A stretch of 64,000 nt of DNA from an uncultured Acidobacteriota bacterium (GCA_963809485.1 CAWEJX010000006.1:370836-434835); one strand, 5' to 3'. Positions 38,168 through 48,956 are shown, numbered from the stretch's first letter. Numbers and translations: made by a program. The notes: generated by a model not told the origin, from the letters alone.

Positions 38168-38632
38168 CTAGGGCTTGAATTTGGCGGTCTTTGGATCGTG
38201 AAGCCTCCAATGGGCGATCCTTATGCGTTTCATCTTGCCGTCCACCATGTCGTACATCACCCAGTTTGTCGACAAAACAGGTTCGCCCACCTTCCATGCC
38301 TGCCGGCCGTCGCTCTCCGGAGTATCCTTGAAGGGGTGAAACTCAGTGTAGAGCTCTGCGAAAAGCCTGTCTTCCGTGGATAAAAAATCGCGCAACTCCA
38401 AAACCTCTTTCACTGCGGATGTAAGCGCCTTGTAGTTTTCGATGAATTCCTTGGGGCCACGGAGTGTCCTGGCCGGGACTGCAAGCCCCGTGGCGTTGTC
38501 GTAATATTCCACGGTAATATCCGGGGTAAAATAGCCGGCGACCTTCTCAAAATCCTTTTTATTGAAGTAACTGACGTATTCCAGATATTCCTCCCGGGTC
38601 ATGGCGCGGCCCTTGCGTTCGGCAGTAGTCAT
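38168..38632 (-). CDS. SnoaL/NTF2-like protein
   Basis: YVSYFNKKDFEKVAGYFTPDITV...LRGPKEFIENY...YDMVDGKMKRIRI; RBS AGGAG. Confidence 0.8.
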   Translation of the reverse strand: MTTAERKGRAMTREEYLEYVSYFNKKDFEKVAGYFTPDITVEYYDNATGLAVPARTLRGPKEFIENYKALTSAVKEVLELRDFLSTEDRLFAELYTEFHPFKDTPESDGRQAWKVGEPVLSTNWVMYDMVDGKMKRIRIAHWRLHDPKTAKFKP

Positions 38633-38720
38633 GTGTTTTCTCCTTTCATCTCGGATGGCGCAAGTCAACCGTAGACCAGTCCCGGAACAAAGTTCAAGCA
38701 CAATTCGGCTGTCCCGCCCG

Positions 38721-40961
38721 CTAGAAGCGGAAGGTATAGTTCAGCTTGATCCGGAAACGGGTTTGGGCAGATTCGAACCGGTCCATTGCGTTCTCCTGCC
38801 AGCTGTGATTAAGCACCACATAGAACTCGTTCCCTGGTTTGAGGATCCAGCGCAGGCGGCTTTGAAGGCCGATGTTGCGCGAATCCGTGTCGTATTGCAC
38901 AAAATTGGCCAGGCTGATGAAGGGGGTGAAGGAGTAGTCCAGGCGGTACATCACCAGGCTCGAATTAAAATTTCCCTCCTTCAACCGGATCCAGTACTGC
39001 TCCCAGCTGAAGGATGTCGTCAGATGGCGGTCTTTTCTCCAATCCAGCTGCGCGGACAATCGGCGGCGGGTGCCTGAGTAAAAAGAACCGGTCCAAAATT
39101 CGCTCGAAGCCGAGACCGGCCGGGACTGTGAAGTCCAAAGCATAAGGGCATGGGTGCCGAATTTGTATTCGCCCGGGGGAAGCGTAATTCCGTGCCTCGG
39201 ACTTATCGTCCAGGGTTCAAAGAGCTGCTCATGGTTAATTATGTAGTTGTAGCCGAAGAAATCTCCGCTGTTCATCCGCCACTGGAAAGGAGTCAGTTCC
39301 AGTTCTCGGCTTTCCCAGCTGCCGTGTTTTAGGCTGAAATAGTCGGTGTAAGAAAATTCGTGAGACATCTGGCGGATATTCCAGAACTCAGGCCTGGGGG
39401 AGATTTCGCCATTGAAAGATGAGATCCGCACTCCGGTCCGGGGCACAAACCCGAGCGCGGGATTGTAGTTCTCCCCTATTTTAAGCCACTTATAATCAAA
39501 ATTTATAAGATCGTTGGGGTAGGCGACAACACCTCCAAAGGAATTGTCGAGGTTTTCCAGGCCCGTCGTGCTGGTTTTTGTTCCGAAAAGGGTCAGGCTC
39601 AGGTTCTTCCCCCGGTCCAGGAAGTTGGATGTGGCCAGCTTCAAATCGATGCCGCCCATCTGGTTGCTGGTCCGGCCGGTGGGATCCCCGTTGGTGAACA
39701 TGGCGCCGAGATAGGATTGTCCCCCAAAATTGGCTTTCACGCGCCCGACAAAGAGATTCTTGCTGGCCAGCTTGAGGTCCGGCTGATCCGGTTCATCGAA
39801 GCGGCCGGTCTGGACATCCAGGATTCCCACATCGAACTTCCCGATTTTCCCGGTCAGTTTTTCGCCGACGAGAATAGGTATCTCATTGCCCTCCACCAGG
39901 CCGATCCTGCGTGAGAAAAAAGGCATGAGTTCACTGCCCATGTTAAATCCCGGGGGGCCGTTATCGGCCGGCAGACCGAACTCAAAAATCCCCGCATCCT
40001 CCAGAAAGAAAGAACGTTTTTCGGGGAAAAACAGGGGGAAGCGCGTCAGGTTGACCTGTCGCGCGTCGACTTCAGTTTCGGCAAAATCCGTGTTGACCGT
40101 CGTGCTCGACACCAGATTGGCCGTAATGCGATAGAACATATCGAAACCCGCGTCGCCGGTCCCCTGAACCTTGTCCTCACGGTTGATGTCGCGGCTGAAT
40201 CCGGTAATGCCGTACGGCTTGATATCCAGCCCGACTCCCTGGGATGGCTGCTCGATGCCTGTGATATGGCCGGCCCGAACCACCTGGAAGAGCTGTACAT
40301 CCAACGATGGTGATGCCCATCTTGATGTTTCCCGCCCCCGCGCAAGAAAGCGGGAGATGTTGAATCCCCATTCCGAGATTCGCGGATTGAATCCGATCGT
40401 CTTGAAAGGAATTTCGAATTCGGCCGTCCACCCCTGGTCATCGATATGCGTTCGGACGTTCCATATGCCATCCCATTCCAGTGAAGCTCCCTGGTTTTCG
40501 GTTATCCGGCCTTCCACCAGGGCTCCGGCAGCATTTGTGGAAAAGTAGTATGCGTTCCGGTTGTCGTGATAGGTGTCGAGCACGATCTCGATATTATCGT
40601 TTTCCTCCAGGAATGCATCCCGCTTCATCTCCGTTGCCACGATCTGCCCCGGATTGTGGTCTTCACACCGGACAGCTATGTATAGTGACTCCTTGCTGTA
40701 GGCGAGCCAGACTCTCGTTGCTTCGGTCGGGGGATCGCCTGAGCGGGGTTCCACCTGCACAAATTGGGTGATACTAGGGCTTTCCTGCCACGCCGGTTCG
40801 CTCAAGATTCCATCGATCTGTATTTTTTCGGAAATACGACGGATGGCAACGCTGTAATCCTCGGCCGGGAAAAGCGGTTGAAGGTAAAACATAATCAGTC
40901 CGACGAGGATTGCAGCCCGAAGGGCGAATCGATGGATACGGGACACAGGGTGATCATTCAT
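38721..40961 (-). CDS. CBM9-like plus DUF5916 outer-membrane protein
   Basis: IQIDGILSEPAW, GWTAEFEIPF, TVNTDFAETEVD..QVNLTRFPLFFPEKRSFFLE, FFSRRIG; terminal IKLNYTFRF. Confidence 0.88.
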   Translation of the reverse strand: MNDHPVSRIHRFALRAAILVGLIMFYLQPLFPAEDYSVAIRRISEKIQIDGILSEPAWQESPSITQFVQVEPRSGDPPTEATRVWLAYSKESLYIAVRCEDHNPGQIVATEMKRDAFLEENDNIEIVLDTYHDNRNAYYFSTNAAGALVEGRITENQGASLEWDGIWNVRTHIDDQGWTAEFEIPFKTIGFNPRISEWGFNISRFLARGRETSRWASPSLDVQLFQVVRAGHITGIEQPSQGVGLDIKPYGITGFSRDINREDKVQGTGDAGFDMFYRITANLVSSTTVNTDFAETEVDARQVNLTRFPLFFPEKRSFFLEDAGIFEFGLPADNGPPGFNMGSELMPFFSRRIGLVEGNEIPILVGEKLTGKIGKFDVGILDVQTGRFDEPDQPDLKLASKNLFVGRVKANFGGQSYLGAMFTNGDPTGRTSNQMGGIDLKLATSNFLDRGKNLSLTLFGTKTSTTGLENLDNSFGGVVAYPNDLINFDYKWLKIGENYNPALGFVPRTGVRISSFNGEISPRPEFWNIRQMSHEFSYTDYFSLKHGSWESRELELTPFQWRMNSGDFFGYNYIINHEQLFEPWTISPRHGITLPPGEYKFGTHALMLWTSQSRPVSASSEFWTGSFYSGTRRRLSAQLDWRKDRHLTTSFSWEQYWIRLKEGNFNSSLVMYRLDYSFTPFISLANFVQYDTDSRNIGLQSRLRWILKPGNEFYVVLNHSWQENAMDRFESAQTRFRIKLNYTFRF

Positions 40962-41695
40962 TCGCAGACACTCTCCGCAAGCTGGAGCATTGATTGAAAC
41001 GGCGGCGCACGAAACGAGCCGGCGCCCTTGGGCCCACAGTATAAGTTCTGCCGCGGGCACGAGCAGCTTGGCTCCAGCCGGCGGTGTGATGCAGGTATTA
41101 TCTGCGGGATGCACATTACGGACAGGACTGGCCTCCCCGTAATGCACACAGACATAATACGCGAGACAGCCAGAATGTTACATTTGGAACTCTCCTGGAT
41201 ATCGGTGCGGGCCCCTGCCTGTGCCTGCCGCAGGCTTCCCCGAATTTCTCACCGCTTTCATGCTGCGGCGGCTCAATCGGGCCTGTGTGCTCTGGATTGA
41301 GGGGCGCAAGCCACCAGGTCGAATGTCAGTACCAGTTGCGGATAATGCCCAAGAGCTTTTTGAGAGATTCCCATACATCGCCGGTGAAGTCATAGATCCA
41401 GAGGGCCCCGTTTTTTATCGCGGCCAGAACCGAAGCCGTGGTCCCGGGTCGCAAGGCCTCTAATATTATGAGAAGAATGGCAACGGACAGAGTTGTGACC
41501 AGAATTCTTTTTGTCCAGCTTTCTCCTTTCAATATCACCTGTAGTTGCGTCATGGCGCAGAGAACCCGCATCGATCCGAGTGGATTTATCTTTTGAACTA
41601 ATTATAGCGAAAAGCGAAGCGAATAAGGTCAAATCATGGTAAAGAATTGTTAATCCTGTGTCCGGGATCACATCCGGCCGTGGGGATTGCCGGAT

Positions 41696-42970
41696 TTACG
41701 GTTGTTTCAGGCAGGGAATCGTCTGGGGGCCCTCGGGGAGGACGCCGATGCGCGCCGAAGGCCCGTATTCCTTCACCAGCCCGGCCAGCGTGGCATCAAG
41801 GTCGGGTGCGGGCTTGAGCAGGGCCGAGCGTATCTGCTCTTCAGTCAGGCCTGCACTGTGGATATATACGCTTGCCTTCAGCTGAATTTGTGCCTGGATC
41901 TGAACCTGCCACTGGTCCTGCTGCGGGCATTGTTCCGACAATACGCGGTCCAGCAAAGCCTGTGGACTGCCGGCCCGGCGCAGCAGATTTCCGTACAATC
42001 CATGTTCGGGGATGCCGTCGCAGCATCCGGAAACCATCACTATGGCGCCGCCCGGCCGCACGATCTGCGCCGCCGCACTCATCCCTTTAACGGTCTGATA
42101 GAGATTCAGGTCCAGCGGATAGCCTGAGTTGGTTGCCACGACGATGTCGAACGCCTTTTCAACGGCGAGCATCGCCGTTTTGCGGACGAAATCGACACCC
42201 CGGGCGTGGGCAAGGTCGAGATCCCCGGCAAAAACACCCGTAATCGCCTGGTCCCTGTTGAGGGCGACGTTCAGGAGGAAAATGCGCCCTGCGCGGTGCG
42301 CGGCCTCGCGCGCTTCCTCCCAGATGGGATTTCCTTGCGTGATGCCCCAGGTAGCTTTGGGATCGGCAATATTTTGCGCACAATGATTGCGCAGGATCGT
42401 CTCCAGACCGGCCATGCCCGGCATGAGGGCCTTGCCAGCGCCTGAAAATCCGGCGAAAAAGTGCGGCTCGATGAAACCGGTAAGAATCTTGACGGAACAC
42501 CCGGAAAGCTCCCGGTTGATCCGTATCTCATTGCCGCTGCCGGTGCACCCCAGGCTGACCTGGGTGCTTGAATCGAAAGCGTTGTTCTGGAGGATCTCAT
42601 GCCCGGCGCCGGCAAATGCGCCCAGCATGCGGTGAAGCTCGCCAACGGTTTCGGGCCGGTGTGTCCCAAGGGCGATAAACAGGCGGATATTCGATTGCGG
42701 GACATGGGGCATCTCCGCAATCAGCGCTTCAAGTAGGAGTTCATTGGGCGTGGCGCGGGTCAAGTCGTTGACGACGATGCCTACGGTATCCCCGGCGTTG
42801 ATGTATTCTGCCAGCGGCAGGCTTCCGATGGGAGTCTGCAAAGCTTCCCGCAAAGCTTTGCGGGGATCTTCGATGCCCGGGACAAACCGCGGTTCGATAA
42901 CCTGAACATCCCAATTGTCGTCGAGATGGAGATCCAGTCCGCTTGTGCCGTAGGCTAGATGAACTTTCAT
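41696..42970 (-). CDS. larA: Nickel-dependent lactate racemase family protein LarA
   Basis: NDLTRATPN, ALGTHRP, IEPHFFAGFSGAGKALMPG, RNH, SGYPLDLNLYQTVKG, DQWQVQ, LPEGP. Confidence 0.93.
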   Translation of the reverse strand: MKVHLAYGTSGLDLHLDDNWDVQVIEPRFVPGIEDPRKALREALQTPIGSLPLAEYINAGDTVGIVVNDLTRATPNELLLEALIAEMPHVPQSNIRLFIALGTHRPETVGELHRMLGAFAGAGHEILQNNAFDSSTQVSLGCTGSGNEIRINRELSGCSVKILTGFIEPHFFAGFSGAGKALMPGMAGLETILRNHCAQNIADPKATWGITQGNPIWEEAREAAHRAGRIFLLNVALNRDQAITGVFAGDLDLAHARGVDFVRKTAMLAVEKAFDIVVATNSGYPLDLNLYQTVKGMSAAAQIVRPGGAIVMVSGCCDGIPEHGLYGNLLRRAGSPQALLDRVLSEQCPQQDQWQVQIQAQIQLKASVYIHSAGLTEEQIRSALLKPAPDLDATLAGLVKEYGPSARIGVLPEGPQTIPCLKQP

Positions 42971-43084
42971 GGTATTCGGCTCATGCAGGCAAAGGCTTCC
43001 GGGATTGTGCTTCCGGAAGAACAATTAGTGCAACGATGGAAAGCAGTAACCTAAATAAACCCGTAATCGCAAGCTTTGCTGGGA

Positions 43085-43278
43085 GACTCACAGAGCTTGA
43101 CAGGTTCAGGATCATTGAACGCCGACAAACACGGACGAAACGCTGACGAACGCTGATCAATGATGCAGCGGAAGCGTCTCGATGGCTCTTGCCGGCGTAT
43201 GGCAGCGGTTGGAGGCGGCTCAGCTCATCCAACCGCTTTGAGCCGTAAACAATCAAGCCGGCTCTGTCGGAGGTAGTT
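43085..43278 (+). repeat. ACGCTGA-unit repeat copy C followed by a degenerate IS200-like end motif
   Basis: GACTCACAGAGCTTGACAG leader, ACGCCGA/ACGCTGA units, then AACCGCTTTGAGCCG (43231-43245) and AAGCCGGCTCTGTCGGAGG. Confidence 0.75.
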
Positions 43279-43355
43279 GTAAATTTCCGCGAACTGAGAA
43301 GGTCTGTATCTGACCATGCCGCGCAATTCGCAAATGCTATTTGAATCCGCACCGG

Positions 43356-43766
43356 TCACTTGCTGCCGGCATTGGTCAGGACAAGCCTGCCGTGCTTCAC
43401 GCCCTTTAGGCTCAGGAGGTGGTCGGCGAATACTTTGGCCTCCGTCCCCCGCCCTTTGAGGATGATCACTTCCAGGCAGTTGTGATGATCCAGGTGGACG
43501 TGTGTGCTGGCCAGCACCTGACCCTTGTAATCATGCTGCGCCTCAATCAATTGCTCGGACAGCTTGGGCTGATGATGATCATAAACGAGCGTGAGGGTCG
43601 CCACCACAACTTTGTCGGATACAATATCCTCTTCTACGAACTGATCCCTCACCAAATCCCGAATCGCCTCCGATCGGCTGCCATAGCCTTTTTGACGGAT
43701 GGTCTGGTCGAACCTCTCGAGCAGATCTCGCTCGAGGGATATGCCGGTTCTTATCAAGGATGTCAT
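43356..43766 (-). CDS. nikR: Nickel-responsive regulator NikR
   Basis: RHH domain RTGISL...FD....GY.SRSEAIRDL; nickel site YDHH...QH...THVHLDHHNCLEV; GVKHG. Confidence 0.96.
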   Translation of the reverse strand: MTSLIRTGISLERDLLERFDQTIRQKGYGSRSEAIRDLVRDQFVEEDIVSDKVVVATLTLVYDHHQPKLSEQLIEAQHDYKGQVLASTHVHLDHHNCLEVIILKGRGTEAKVFADHLLSLKGVKHGRLVLTNAGSK

Positions 43767-43900
43767 AAGGGATGCACCTCCAATGACCAGCTCGAATGCT
43801 GGCAATTTACATCCACGGGACCCATCAAGCGGAAGCAGCCGGAAGGTCCGTTACAATAGATCTTTCCTCCGGATACTTTTAGATCATGGCACATGAGCCC

Positions 43901-44764
43901 TCAAATCAGATCTCTGGTAGCGGCGTCCAAATTCTCCGGATCAAACCGCACGAGCGCCAACTCGAGCCCGTCATGGGCGGCCGAAAAAGAGAAGGTTCTG
44001 CCGATCCGTTCCCTCCAGGTGCCCGTAATCCGGGCGGATTCATGGATATGGCCGTGCAGGGTCAACAGCGGCTGCCGGGATTCGATGAACCGGCGGACCG
44101 CGATGCTTCCCACATGGACGTCGAGATCCACATAATCGAATTTTTGCCCATCCAGCGCAGCCCTGTCGAGACTTGTGTTGTAGGGGGGCGTATGAAACAG
44201 CAGGATGGTGTGCGAAAGGTTCGTCTCTTGCACCAGCTTTTCGAGATCGTTCTGGATGGTTTCGTGCCTCAGCACCCCCTTGGGAACCTCAATCGAGAGC
44301 CAGCCTTCCTCGGGTGAAATGCAGAGCGGATCCACATAGCGGGAAACGTCATAGCGCTCCCAGTCTTTCAGCATGAACGGCGTCGGCGGCACATAGGCGT
44401 AACCATAAATGGCATAGTTTTTCCATCGAGCACATCGGCCATGCATATAGAACCAGAGTCCCTGGTCGTGCAACTCCTCCATGCGCTGTTCTTCAAAACG
44501 GCCGTCATCATTTCCCATTATGATGAAAACGGAAGGGTACGAGGCGCCCAGGTCTTTCTTGAGCCTGGCAAATCCATCGGCCAAAATGCTTTTAAGAAAA
44601 TCGTCATAGGTTGCCTTCGCGCTCGCAAGTGCCCCGAAGCCCGAAGGGAAAAGGTCTCCACCCAGAAATACGGCGCCGGGCTTTTCTTTTTTGATGGCTT
44701 GAAACAGTTTTCCGTAACGGTCTTCCCTTCCGTGAAGATCCGCCGCAAAAAAGCAAATTTCCAT
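43901..44764 (-). CDS. Metallophosphoesterase, Icc-like
   Basis: ADLHG, GGDL, GNDD, FHTPP, HVGS, LHGHIHES. Confidence 0.9.
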   Translation of the reverse strand: MEICFFAADLHGREDRYGKLFQAIKKEKPGAVFLGGDLFPSGFGALASAKATYDDFLKSILADGFARLKKDLGASYPSVFIIMGNDDGRFEEQRMEELHDQGLWFYMHGRCARWKNYAIYGYAYVPPTPFMLKDWERYDVSRYVDPLCISPEEGWLSIEVPKGVLRHETIQNDLEKLVQETNLSHTILLFHTPPYNTSLDRAALDGQKFDYVDLDVHVGSIAVRRFIESRQPLLTLHGHIHESARITGTWRERIGRTFSFSAAHDGLELALVRFDPENLDAATRDLI

Positions 44765-45007
44765 ATGTTCCTCGCATAAGTTAATACCTTTTTTTGCGCG
44801 TTCGTGCACCATGAAATGTGCTGGAAGGAGTGGCCTCAAATCGAAGGTTGCAGGTTTCAGCTCGCAAGCCTTCCTGTCGGGAATCGCGGCTCCGTCAAAA
44901 TAATCTCTGGCTTTGAGTCATTGTATAGCCCCAAAACTATAGTGCCGGCGTGTGCAGGATTCGTGCTAATTTGTAGCTGCAAGCTTTCCATCGGAAGGAG
45001 GACATTG

Positions 45008-45982
45008 ATGATATCCCAGGGTGAGGGGAGCGGGAACGCCAAAATCCGGTTGGGCATAAGCCGGTGCCTTCTGGGAGACAAAGTCCGGTATGACGGCGGT
45101 CACAAGCTGGACCGGTTTGTAACGGAGACACTGGGCCGGTGGGTGGAATATGTCCCGGTATGTCCCGAGGTCGAATGCGGGATGCCTATCCCCCGGGAGC
45201 CCATGCATCTTGCGGGGGATCCCGCGGCGCCGCGGCTCGTCACCATAAAAACCGGCGACGACAAAACCGATCAGATGGTGCGCTGGGCTCAAAAGCGCGT
45301 GGCGGAGCTGGAAAAGGAAGAGCTTTTGGGATTTATCTTCAAAAGCGATTCTCCCAGCAGCGGGATGGAACGCGTCAAGGTGTACGGCGACAAAGGCATG
45401 CCGGCGAAAGTCGGCGTCGGCATGTTTGCCCGCATTTTCATGGAGCATTTTCCCCTTCTGCCGGTGGAGGAGGACGGCCGCCTGCACGATCCCGCCCTGA
45501 GGGAAAATTTTATCGAACGTGTTTTTGCCCTGGCCCGCTGGAGAGAGGTCCTTGCGCAGCGGAAAAACCGTCACGGCCTGATCGAATTTCATACAAGACA
45601 CAAGCTGCTCATTCTCTCTCACAGCACATCCTCTTACAGGGAAATGGGGAGACTTGTCGCGCGATCAAAGGAAATTGCGCCCGCGGATCTTTTCGGGCAG
45701 TATGAAAAACAGCTGCTGGAAGCGCTCAGGATTCGGACTACTGCCAGGAAAAATGCCAACGTGCTGATGCACATGGCCGGCTACTTTAAGAAGCAGCTCT
45801 CTCCGGACGAGAAGGAAGAGTTGCTGGGCATCATCGATCAATACCGGAGAAATGTCGTGCCCCTCATCGTCCCAATAACGCTCATCAATCATTATGTCCG
45901 GAAATACGATCAACCGTATCTGAAGGAGCAGTGTTATCTCAATCCCCATCCCGGGGAGTTGCAGCTGCGCAATCATGTTTAA
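45008..45982 (+). CDS. DUF523 (TudS-like)-DUF1722 (YbgA) protein
   Basis: GISRCLLG..VRYDGGHK, VCPEVECG, KSDSPSSG, EEDGRL.D..LRENF, FH..HK, NVL.H..GYFK, YL.PHP.EL.LRN. Confidence 0.9.
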   Translation: MISQGEGSGNAKIRLGISRCLLGDKVRYDGGHKLDRFVTETLGRWVEYVPVCPEVECGMPIPREPMHLAGDPAAPRLVTIKTGDDKTDQMVRWAQKRVAELEKEELLGFIFKSDSPSSGMERVKVYGDKGMPAKVGVGMFARIFMEHFPLLPVEEDGRLHDPALRENFIERVFALARWREVLAQRKNRHGLIEFHTRHKLLILSHSTSSYREMGRLVARSKEIAPADLFGQYEKQLLEALRIRTTARKNANVLMHMAGYFKKQLSPDEKEELLGIIDQYRRNVVPLIVPITLINHYVRKYDQPYLKEQCYLNPHPGELQLRNHV

Positions 45983-46061
45983 AGCAGGCTTTTCCGGGCA
46001 AACGGAAGGCCGTCTTGCTCGAATAAGTGATTGACCGTAGCGCAGGATATGGAGCTTGGCC

Positions 46062-47231
46062 ATGAGCAGGCTATCTCAGGGAAATCCGGCCCTCGGCGGA
46101 CTCTCCGCATCGATATATTCTTCCTATGTTGCACGCGCCAGGGCATCCGGAGCGCCCTACTGTCCGCTTCATGAAGGGGATACGTACCTGGTTCCTCCTG
46201 TGGGCGCCCGGTTGTTTGATGGACCGACCTACGAAGTTCCGGGCATCCACAAATACAGCCCGATTCGCGGAAGGGCGGAGCTTATTGAAGCAATTCTTGA
46301 ACAGAGAAAAGAAAAGGATGGGCAATCGCTTCTGCCGTCCCAGATTCTCATAACTGCCGGGGCGACGAGCGGCATTTCGTCGGCCATCCGGGCGCTGTTG
46401 GTTCCCGGCCAGAGCATGATTGCGCTAACGCCTTTCTGGCCGCTGATTCGCGGTATCACCACCAGCCACGGAGTTGCCTTCAATGAAATCCCCTTCTATA
46501 ACATAAAGCATGACCGCTACACCCTGAAGGAGGCCCTCCACAGTGCTGTGGAAGGCGACACAGCCGCGATTTACGTAAACTGGCCGAACAGTCCTACCGG
46601 GCACATTTCTTCACCGGAGCTGGTTGAGGTCATTGCGGAATTCTCCTGTGATCGGGATCTCTGGGTCTTTTCGGATGAGGTGTATGAGGACTATGTCTAT
46701 GGCGACGGCCCCTTGCCCAGCATTTCCGCATTTCCCGGAATGCAGGAGCGCACACTTCGGTTTTTCAGCTTCTCGAAGTCGTATGCCATGGCGGGCAACC
46801 GTGTCGGGTATATATCGGGCCCGGCGATAGCCATCGCCGCGGTGGAGCGATATACGACGTTCGCTGTTTACAGTGTCAACGGCGGGGGACAGATCGCGGC
46901 CGAACGGGCAATCCGCGACGGCGCCGCCTGGCAGGAAGAAGCGCGGGCGGGCTATCGGTGGACCGGAGAGCAAGCTGCCCGAATACTGAATATCGGCCTG
47001 CCGATGTCGGGCGCGTTTTTGTTTTTGGATGCGGCGGATTCACTGGACGACAGGGGCATGAACGGTCTGCTCGAAGACCTGGCCGGCCAGGGCGTACTCG
47101 TGACTCCCGGAGGCTCCTTCGGCAAAGACTACTCGACCTGGATTCGGATCTGCTTTACATGCCTGCCGCCAGAGGAGGTATTGCGCGGCATGCATATCAT
47201 TGCCCGCAGGCTCGGAAGGATTCAACGGTAA
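46062..47231 (+). CDS. PLP-dependent aminotransferase, class I/II
   Basis: ILITAGA, NWPNSPTG, SDEVYE, FSFSKSYAMAGNRVGY, PGGSFG, WIRICF. Confidence 0.92.
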   Translation: MSRLSQGNPALGGLSASIYSSYVARARASGAPYCPLHEGDTYLVPPVGARLFDGPTYEVPGIHKYSPIRGRAELIEAILEQRKEKDGQSLLPSQILITAGATSGISSAIRALLVPGQSMIALTPFWPLIRGITTSHGVAFNEIPFYNIKHDRYTLKEALHSAVEGDTAAIYVNWPNSPTGHISSPELVEVIAEFSCDRDLWVFSDEVYEDYVYGDGPLPSISAFPGMQERTLRFFSFSKSYAMAGNRVGYISGPAIAIAAVERYTTFAVYSVNGGGQIAAERAIRDGAAWQEEARAGYRWTGEQAARILNIGLPMSGAFLFLDAADSLDDRGMNGLLEDLAGQGVLVTPGGSFGKDYSTWIRICFTCLPPEEVLRGMHIIARRLGRIQR

Positions 47232-47302
47232 CGGCCCACAGACAGCTCGCTCTGAACCGGCAAATCCTTTAATTCTATTGGTAAATCCACTGCTCTGCCG
47301 GG

Positions 47303-47512
47303 GGACTCATAGAGTTTGACAGCTCCGTATTTTGAAACGCTGAGATACGCTGACAAAGGCGCTGACAAACGCCGATTTGTTCTGCGGGGATCGGAAGCGC
47401 CTCATCGGCTTTTGCCCGCGCAAGTCAGCGTTCAAGACCGGCGTAACTCCTCCAACCGCTTTGAGCGGATCCAATCCTTCAAGCCTCCGGCTTTGCCGGA
47501 GGCGCCTGACTG
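47303..47512 (+). repeat. ACGCTGA-unit repeat copy D fused to the ~130 bp module shared with 25877-26007
   Basis: GACTCATAGAGTTTGACAGCTCC, ACGCTGA units, ATCGGAAGCGCCTCATCGGCTTTTGCCCGC, AACCGCTTTGAGCGG (47454-47468), CCTCCGGCTTTGCCGGAGG (47484-47502). Confidence 0.85.
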
Positions 47513-47546
47513 CTTCGATATCGCGCCACGAAATGGCATCAATCCT

Positions 47547-48956
47547 TCAGGAAGGCTTCTCGAGGCGGATTGGGCGATTGTCGATGGCTGCCACGATAAA
47601 AAAGACGGCGAGACACACAATCCAGGAACTGAAGACGGCGTGAGGCGTGAGGCGTGTCACGGGCAGGGTGATCCATGCGGCAATGACAAGCACATTCGCC
47701 GCCAGGACCCAGGCCGCGGAGCTTCTCCTGCAGAAGCGAGGCGCATAGAAGACAAAAAGAATGACGATGGTCATGCCGGTTCCCAGGCTCAGCCCGATCA
47801 TGAGGGCTTCCAGAATGCTCGAGATCTTCAAAGCCAGGAAAAGAGTCAGGGCGCCGATAATCAGCACAACCGCTCTGTTGAAGCCAAGCTGCCGCTTTTC
47901 CGTGACTTCCCTCCGGAAGATCGATATGACGACATCCTTTATTACAATCGTGGACGAGCTGAGCAGAAGGCCGATAGCCGTGGAAATGTCCGCAGCCCAA
48001 AGAGCCGCCAGGGCAATCCCCGCGATCCACGGATTCAGGCTGGTGATCATGGTCGGCAGCGCCAGCCTCGGATCGGCTATATGCGGGCTGGCGGCCTTGG
48101 CCGCGATGCCAATCAAAGCCGCGACAAACCCGATCGGAATCATGAGAAGTGCGCCCGTGAAAAAGCCGTTGCGCGCGGCCTTCCCGTCGCGGGCCGCAAA
48201 TACTATCTGAAGCGGTCCCTGAAATGAGAAATTGGCCGTGGCCGACGCGACAATCCAGATCGTGATCTGCATGAATCCGGCGCCTTCAACCCAGGAGAAA
48301 TAGTCCGGGGTTTGAGGCAGCCTGGCGGAGAGACCGGCAAAACCTCCCAGGGATTCCACGCTCAGCCAGGCGGCCAGTGACATGCCTCCGTAAATCAGGA
48401 CCACGTTCAGCACATTGCTCAAACTGGCGCTCCAGAGCCCGCCGAAAAAAGTGAGCGCAATGAAGACTATCGCGCTGAATATCATCCCGGAGCGCAAATC
48501 CGGAAAAACTTCGGGAAGCAGTTCCGACAGAATCGCCCCGCCTGCGACATATTGCAGAGACGTGATGGTCAGTTGAATAAGCACCTGAACCAGAATGCAG
48601 GCGGTATAGCCGGCTCGATCGAAATACAGGCGAAATAGCTCCGGGACGGTGACAAGATTCAATCTGCGGAATTGTACGGAGCTGACAAATGCGATGATGA
48701 GGGCGGACACCGACCAGGCGATGCAATACCATCCGGCCGCCAATCCCTGGCCCCTGAAAGCGTTCTCGGCAACGCCGATAGTGGATGCCCCCCCGATCGC
48801 AAGTCCGGTCAGGGTGCACGCGATCAGCGGAGCGGGCAAATTGCGGCTTGCGAGCAGGAATCCTTCTCTTCCGCGGCGGACCAGCCGCGCAGCCCAGACC
48901 GCTGTGGCAAACAACATCACCAGATATGCGATGACGACAATCAGCTGAATATTCAT
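47547..48956 (-). CDS. Sodium:solute symporter family protein
   Basis: FLLASRNL, AIGGASTIG.AE, TVPELF, TFFGGLWS, ALWAADIST; ~13 TM segments. Confidence 0.9.
   Translation of the reverse strand: MNIQLIVVIAYLVMLFATAVWAARLVRRGREGFLLASRNLPAPLIACTLTGLAIGGASTIGVAENAFRGQGLAAGWYCIAWSVSALIIAFVSSVQFRRLNLVTVPELFRLYFDRAGYTACILVQVLIQLTITSLQYVAGGAILSELLPEVFPDLRSGMIFSAIVFIALTFFGGLWSASLSNVLNVVLIYGGMSLAAWLSVESLGGFAGLSARLPQTPDYFSWVEGAGFMQITIWIVASATANFSFQGPLQIVFAARDGKAARNGFFTGALLMIPIGFVAALIGIAAKAASPHIADPRLALPTMITSLNPWIAGIALAALWAADISTAIGLLLSSSTIVIKDVVISIFRREVTEKRQLGFNRAVVLIIGALTLFLALKISSILEALMIGLSLGTGMTIVILFVFYAPRFCRRSSAAWVLAANVLVIAAWITLPVTRLTPHAVFSSWIVCLAVFFIVAAIDNRPIRLEKPS

Noticed and set aside
41326-41571. 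Small membrane protein
   Set aside because: It has one plausible TM helix, but the start does not match the AAGGAG RBS and no family is recognised.
42971-43355. NikR operator upstream of larA
   Set aside because: No GTATGA-N16-TCATAC-like palindrome found; the region is mostly repeat.
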